Source: the human T2T-CHM13v2.0 reference genome, Homo sapiens
Length of the DNA stretch: 64,000 nucleotides
Assembly: GCF_009914755.1 (NCBI RefSeq)
Contig: NC_060925.1
Reading direction: 5' to 3' (one strand)
The notes under the pieces are model-generated. The model did not search any database. It saw only the letters and a list, made by a program, of their open reading frames with translations, and was not told where the DNA came from. Shown here piece after piece: positions 57,101 through 64,000 of this stretch; within the stretch, counting starts at the first letter, position 1, and the number at the start of each line of letters is the position of its first letter. Made by a program: the position numbers and the translations under genes.

Positions 57101-60100
57101 ATCGAATGGTCTCGATTGGAATCATTATCAAATGGAATCGAATGGAATCACCGAATAGAATCGAATGGAACAATCATCGAATGGACTCAAATGGAATTAT
57201 CCTCCAATGGAATCGAATGGAATTATCGAATGCAATCGAATGGAATTATCGAATGCAATCGAATAGAATCATCGAATGGACTCGAATGGAATCATCGAAT
57301 GGAATGGAATGGAACAGTCAATGAACTCGAATGGAATCATCATTGAATGGAATCGAATGGAATCATCGAGTGGAATCGAATGGAATTATGATCAAATGGA
57401 ATCGAATGTAATCATCATCAAATGGAATCAAAAATAACCATCATCAATTGGTATTGAATGGAATTGTCATCAAATGGAATTCAAAGGAATCATCATCAAA
57501 TGGAACCGAATGGAATCCTCATTGAATGGAAATGAAAGGGGTCATCATCTAATGGAATCGCATGGAATCATCATCAAATGGAATCGAATGGAATCATCAT
57601 CAAATGGAATCTAATGGAATCATTGAACAGAATTGAATGGAATCGTCATCGAATGAATTGAATGCAATCATCGAATGGTCTCGAATGGAATCATCTTCTA
57701 ATGGAAAGGAATGGAATCATCGCATAGAATCGAATGGAATTATCATCGAATGGAATCGAATGGTATCAACACCAAACGGAAAAAAACGGAATTATCGAAT
57801 GGAATCGAAGAGAATCTTCGAACGGACCCGAATGGAATCATCTAATGGAATGGAATGGAATAATCCATGGACTCGAATGCAATCATCATCGAAAGGAATC
57901 GAATGGAATCATCGAATGGACTCGAATGGAATAATCATTGAACGGAATCGAATGGAATCATCATCGGATGGAAATGAATGGAATCATCATCGAATGGAAA
58001 TGAAAGGAGTCATCATCTAATGGAATTGCATGGAATCATCATAAAATGGAATCAAATGGAATCAACCTCAAATGGAATCAAGTGGAATCATTGAACGGAA
58101 TTGAATGGAATCGTCATCGAATGAATTGACTGCAATCATCGAATGGTCTCGAATGGAATCATCTTCAAATGGAATGGAATGGAATCATCGCATAGAATCG
58201 AATGGAATTATCATCGAATGGAATCGAATGGAATCAACATCAAACGGAAAAAAACGGAATTATCGAATGGAATCGAAGAGAATCATCGAATGGACCCGAA
58301 TGGAATCATCTAATGGAATGGAATGGAATAATCCATGGACTCGAATGCAATCATCATCGAATGGAATCGAATGGAATCATCGAATGGACTCGAATGGAAT
58401 AATCATTGAACGGAATCGAATGGAATCATCATCGGATGGAAATGAATGGAATCATCATCGAATGGAATCGAATAGAATTATGGAATGAAATCCAGTGTGA
58501 TCATCATCGAATGGACCCGAATGGAATCATCATCCAACGGAAGCTAATGGAATCAACATCGAATGAATCGAATGGAAACACCATCGAATTGAAACGAATG
58601 GAATTATCATGAAATTGAAATGGATGGACTCATCATCGAATGGATTCGAATGGAATCATCGAATAAAATTGATTGAAATCATCATCGAATGGAATCGAAT
58701 GGTATCATTGAATGGAATCGAATGGAATCATCATCAGATGGAAATGAATGGAATCGTCATAGAATGGAATCGAATGGATTCATTGAATGGAATCAGATGG
58801 AATCATCGAATGGACTGGAATGGAATCATTGAATGGACTCGAAAGGGATCATGATTGAATGGAATTGAATGGAATCATCGAATGGTCTCGATTGGAATCA
58901 TTATCAAATGGAATCGAATGGAATCACCGAATAGAATCGAATGGAACAATCATCGAATGGACTCAAATGGAATTATCCTCCAATGGAATCGAATGGAATT
59001 ATCGAATGCAATCGAATGGAATTATCGAATGCAATCGAATAGAATCATCGAATGGACTCGAATGGAATCATCGAATGGAATGGAATGGAACAGTCAATGA
59101 ACTCGAATGGAATCATCATTGAATGGAATCGAATGGAATCATCGAGTGGAATCGAATGGAATTATGATCAAATGGAATCGAATGTAATCATCATCAAATG
59201 GAATCAAAAATAACCATCATCAATTGGTATTGAATGGAATTGTCATCAAATGGAATTCAAAGGAATCATCATCAAATGGAACCGAATGGAATCCTCATTG
59301 AATGGAAATGAAAGGGGTCATCATCTAATGGAATCGCATGGAATCATCATCAAATGGAATCGAATGGAATCATCATCAAATGGAATCTAATGGAATCATT
59401 GAACAGAATTGAATGGAATCGTCATCGAATGAATTGAATGCAATCATCGAATGGTCTCGAATGGAATCATCTTCTAATGGAAAGGAATGGAATCATCGCA
59501 TAGAATCGAATGGAATTATCATCGAATGGAATCGAATGGTATCAACACCAAACGGAAAAAAACGGAATTATCGAATGGAATCGAAGAGAATCTTCGAACG
59601 GACCCGAATGGAATCATCTAATGGAATGGAATGGAATAATCCATGGACTCGAATGCAATCATCATCGAATGGAATGGAATGGAATCATCGAATGGACTCG
59701 AATGGAATAATCATTGAACGGAATCGAATGGAATCATCATCGGATGGAAACGAATGGAATCATCATCGAATGGAAATGAAAGGAGTCATCATCTAATGGA
59801 ATTGCATGGAATCATCATAAAATGGAATCGAATGGAATCAACATCAAATGGAATCAAATGGAATCATTGAACGGAATTGAATGGAATCGTCATCGAATGA
59901 ATTGACTGCAATCATCGAATGGTCTCGAATGGAATCATCTTCAAATGGAATGGAATGGAATCATCGCATAGAATCGAATGGAATTATCATCGAATGGAAT
60001 CGAATGGAATCAACATCAAATGGAAAAAACGGAATTATCGAATGGAATCGAAGAGAATCATCGAATGGACCCGAATGGAATCATCTAATGGAATGGAATG

Positions 60101-63100
60101 GAATAATCCATGGACTCGAATGCAATCATCATCGAATGGAATCGAATGGAATCATCGAATGGACTCGAATGGAATAATCATTGAACGGAATCGAATGGAA
60201 TCATCATCGGATGGAAATGAATGGAATCATCATCGAATGGAATCGAATAGAATTATGGAATGAAATCCAGTGTGATCATCATCGAATGGACCCGAATGGA
60301 ATCATCATCCAACGGAAGCTAATGGAATCAACATCGAATGAATCGAATGGAAACACCATCGAATTGAAACGAATGGAATTATCATGAAATTGAAATGGAT
60401 GGACTCATCATCGAATGGATTCGAATGGAATCATCGAATAAAATTGATTGAAATCATCATCGAATGGAATCGAATGGTATCATTGAATGGAATCGAATGG
60501 AATCATCATCAGATGGAAATGAATGGAATTGACATAGAATGGAATCGAATGGATTCATTGAATGGAATCAGATGGAATCATCGAATGGACTGGAATGGAA
60601 TCATTGAATGGACTCGAAAGGGATCATGATTGAATGGAATTGAATGGAATCATCGAATGGTCTCGATTGGAATCATTATAAAATGGAATCGAATGGAATC
60701 ACCGAATAGAATCGAATGGAACAATCATCGAATGGACTCAAATGGAATTATCCTCAAATGGAATCGAATGGAATTATCGAATGCAATCGAATGGAATTAT
60801 CGAATGCAATCGAATAGAATCATCGAAAGGACTCGAATGGAATCATCGAATGGAATGGAATGGAACAGTCAATGAACTCGAATGGAATCATCATTGAATG
60901 GAATCGAATGGAATCATCGAGTGGAATCGAATGGAATTATGATCAAATGGAATCGAATGTAATCATCATCAAATGGAATCAAAAATAACCATCATCAATT
61001 GGTATTGAATGGAATTGTCATCAAATGGAATTCAAAGGAATCATCATCAAATGGAACCGAATGGAATCCTCATTGAATGGAAATGAAAGGGGTCATCATC
61101 TAATGGAATCGCATGGAATCATCATCAAATGGAATCGAATGGAATCATCATCAAATGGAATCTAATGGAATCATTGAAAAGAATTGAATGGAATCGTCAT
61201 CGAATGAATTGAATGCAATCATCGAATGGTCTCGAATGGAATCATCTTCTAATGGAAAGGAATGGAATCATCGCATAGAATCGAATGGAATTATCATCGA
61301 ATGGAATCGAATGGTATCAACACCAAACGGAAAAAAACGGAATTATCGAATGGAATCGAAGAGAATCTTCGAACGGACCCGAATGGAATCATCTAATGGA
61401 ATGGAATGGAATAATCCATGGACTCGAATGCAATCATCATCGAATGGAATCGACTGGAATCATCGAATGGACTCGAATGGAATAATCATTGAACGGAATC
61501 GAATGGAATCATCATCGGATGGAAACGAATGGAATCATCATCGAATGGAAATGAAAGGAGTCATCATCTAATGGAATTGCATGGAATCATCATAAAATGG
61601 AATCGAATGGAATCAACATCAAATGGAATCAAATGGAATCATTGAACGGAATTGAATGGAATCGTCATCGAATGAATTGACTGCAATCATCGAATGGTCT
61701 CGAATGGAATCATCTTCAAATGGAATGGAATGGAATCATCGCATAGAATCGAATGGAATTATCATCGAATGGAATCGAATGGAATCAACATCAAACGGAA
61801 AAAAACGGAATTATCGAATGGAATCGAAGAGAATCATCGAATGGACCCGAATGGAATAATCTAATGGAATGGAATGGAATAATCCATGGACTCGAATGCA
61901 ATCATCATCGAATGGAATCGAATGGAATCATCGAATGGACTCGAATGGAATAATCATTGAACGGAATCGAATGGAATCATCATCGGATGGAAATGAATGG
62001 AATCATCATCGAATGGAATCGAATAGAATTATGGAATGAAATCCAGTGTGATCATCATCGAATGGACCCGAATGGAATCATCATCCAACGGAAGCTAATG
62101 GAATCAACATCGAATGAATCGAATGGAAACACCATCGAATTGAAACGAATGGAATTATCATGAAATTGAAATGGATGGACTCATCATCGAATGGATTCGA
62201 ATGGAATCATCGAATAAAATTTATTGAAATCATCATCCAATGGAATCGAATGGTATCATTGAATGGAATCGAATGGAATCATCATCAGATGGAAATGAAT
62301 GGAATCGTCATAGAATGGAATCGAATGGATTCATTGAATGGAATCAGATGGAATCATCGAATGGACTGGAATGGAATCATTGAATGGACTCGAAAGGGAT
62401 CATGATTGAATGGAATTGAATGGAATCATCGAATGGTCTCGATTGGAATCATTATCAAATGGAATCGAATGGAATCACCAAATAGAATCGAATGGAACAA
62501 TCATCGAATGGACTCAAATGGAATTATCCTCAAATGGAATCGAATGGAATTATCGAATGCAATCGAATGGAATTATCGAATGCAATCGAATAGAATCATC
62601 GAAAGGACTCGAATGGAATCATCGAATGGAATGGAATGGAACAGTCAATGAACTCGAATGGAATCATCATTGAATGGAATCGAATGGAATCATCGAGTGG
62701 AATCGAATGGAATTATGATCAAATGGAATCTAATGTAATCATCATCAAATGGAATCAAAAATAACCATCATCAATTGGTATTGAATGGAATTGTCATCAA
62801 ATGGAATTCAAAGGAATCATCATCAAATGGAACCGAATGGAATCCTCATTGAATGGAAATGAAAGGGGTCATCATCTAATGGAATCGCATGGAATCATCA
62901 TCAAATGGAATCGAATGGAATCATCATCAAATGGAATCTAATGGAATCATTGAACAGAATTGAATGGAATCGTCATCGAATGAATTGAATGCAATCATCG
63001 AATGGTCTCGAATGGAATCATCTTCTAATGGAAAGGAATGGAATCATCGCATAGAATCGAATGGAATTATCATCGAATGGAATCGAATGGTATCAACACC

Positions 63101-64000
63101 AAACGGAAAAAAACGGAATTATCGAATGGAATCGAAGAGAATCTTCGAACGGACCCGAATGGAATCATCTAATGGAATGGAATGGAATAATCCATGGACT
63201 CGAATGCAATCATCATCGAATGGAATGGAATGGAATCATCGAATGGACTCGAATGGAATAATCATTGAACGGAATCGAATGGAATCATCATCGGATGGAA
63301 ACGAATGGAATCATCATCGAATGGAAATGAAAGGAGTCATCATCTAATGGAATTGCATGGAATCATCATAAAATGGAATCGAATGGAATCAACATCAAAT
63401 GGAATCAAATGGAATCATTGAACGGAATTGAATGGAATCGTCATCGAATGAATTGACTGCAATCATCGAATGGTCTCGAATGGAATCATCTTCAAATGGA
63501 ATGGAATGGAATCATCGCATAGAATCGAATGGAATTATCATCGAATGGAATCGAATGGAATCAACATCAAACGGAAAAAAACGGAATTATCGAATGGAAT
63601 CGAAGAGAATCATCGAATGGACCCGAATGGAATCATCTAATGGAATGGAATGGAATAATCCATGGACTCGAATGCAATCATCATCGAATGGAATCGAATG
63701 GAATCATCGAATGGACTCGAATGGAATAATCATTGAACGGAATCGAATGGAATCATCATCGGATGGAAATGAATGGAATCATCATCGAATGGAATCGAAT
63801 AGAATTATGGAATGAAATCCAGTGTGATCATCATCGAATGGACCCGAATGGAATCATCATCCAACGGAAGCTAATGGAATCAACATCGAATGAATCGAAT
63901 GGAAACACCATCGAATTGAAACGAATGGAATTATCATGAAATTGAAATGGATGGACTCATCATCGAATGGATTCGAATGGAATCATCGAATAAAATTGAT

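Larger units (their letters stand above)
26645..63935 (+). repeat. Regular domain: 21 consecutive full-length ~1,776-bp units
   Basis: Landmark spacing is 1776 throughout, except 31973->33745 (1772, 4-bp deletion) and 58609->60384 (1775, 1-bp deletion). 63936-26645 = 21x1776-5. Confidence 0.95.
1..64000 (+). repeat. Human satellite 2 (HSat2/HSATII) tandem array, GGAAT strand on +, ~1.78-kb higher-order unit; probably the 1q12-type 1.77-kb subfamily
   Basis: Continuous GAATG/GAATC pentamers punctuated by ATC triplets and abundant TCGA (CATTCGATTC on the minus strand), the HSat2 signature rather than the purer (GGAAT)n of HSat3. The landmark ATGAAATTGAAATGGATGG recurs at 56, 2427, 4795, 6571, 8343, 10119, 13028, 14802, 16578, 18481, 20849, 22625, 24401, 26645, then about every 1776 bp to 63936. 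Family call is strong; subfamily/chromosome is inferred from the period. Confidence 0.97.

Noticed and set aside
6571-57324. Longer 163-aa ORFs suggesting read-through or a regulated stop
   Set aside because: Produced by single SNVs (TCATGA to TCATTA or TCACGA) in some units; ordinary satellite polymorphism.
56-63939. Roughly 250 + strand ORFs of 61-163 aa (MESSSNE..., MKLKW..., MNGIEW...)
   Set aside because: They are low-complexity translations of GGAAT-derived repeats (W/N/G/M/E/I/S). ATG is built into the pentamer, they overlap in several frames, recur with the DNA period and are freely broken by stops and frameshifts (e.g. 43897, 59881, 61656). No recognisable domain.
1-64000. CRISPR-like array or other prokaryotic repeat-spacer system
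   Set aside because: No unique spacers, leader or cas-like genes; the 23-26-bp monomers abut directly and the whole pattern repeats at 1776 bp.
1-64000. HSat3, alpha satellite or telomeric repeat
   Set aside because: Pure GGAAT runs are only about three copies long and the ATC/TCGA-rich 23/26-bp monomers indicate HSat2. No 171-bp period, CENP-B box or TTAGGG tract seen.
1-64000. Inversion or inserted mobile element (Alu/L1/ERV)
   Set aside because: The GGAAT strand stays on + throughout, every interval between landmarks is accounted for by satellite sequence, and no poly(A) tail or non-satellite segment was seen.

Overview
The whole 64-kb window is one uninterrupted, single-orientation tandem array of human-type satellite 2 (HSat2/HSATII). 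It is built from diverged (GGAAT)n-derived 23- and 26-bp monomers, e.g. GAATGGAATCATC(ATC)GAATGGAATC, rich in TCGA. These are organised into a 1,776-bp higher-order unit carrying one EcoRI site and an internal 468-bp tandem dimer (copies called A and B here). That period fits the classical 1.77-kb 1q12 pericentromeric satellite; the chromosome assignment is inferred, not searched. I see no genes, RNA genes, transposons or unique sequence, and all listed ORFs are artefacts of the repeat. I found no credible novel gene system. The interesting signal is the array's internal architecture. The left domain (1 to ~26 kb) is rearranged, with 2371, 2368, 1133, 1903 and 2244-bp variant units, a ~4-kb compound variant repeated 16,054 bp apart, and a divergent 615-bp module. 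The right domain (~26.6-64 kb) has 21 nearly invariant-length units with a different set of diagnostic SNVs and multi-unit duplication footprints. Coordinates and variant calls were read by eye and from ORF-track offsets, not from computed alignments.
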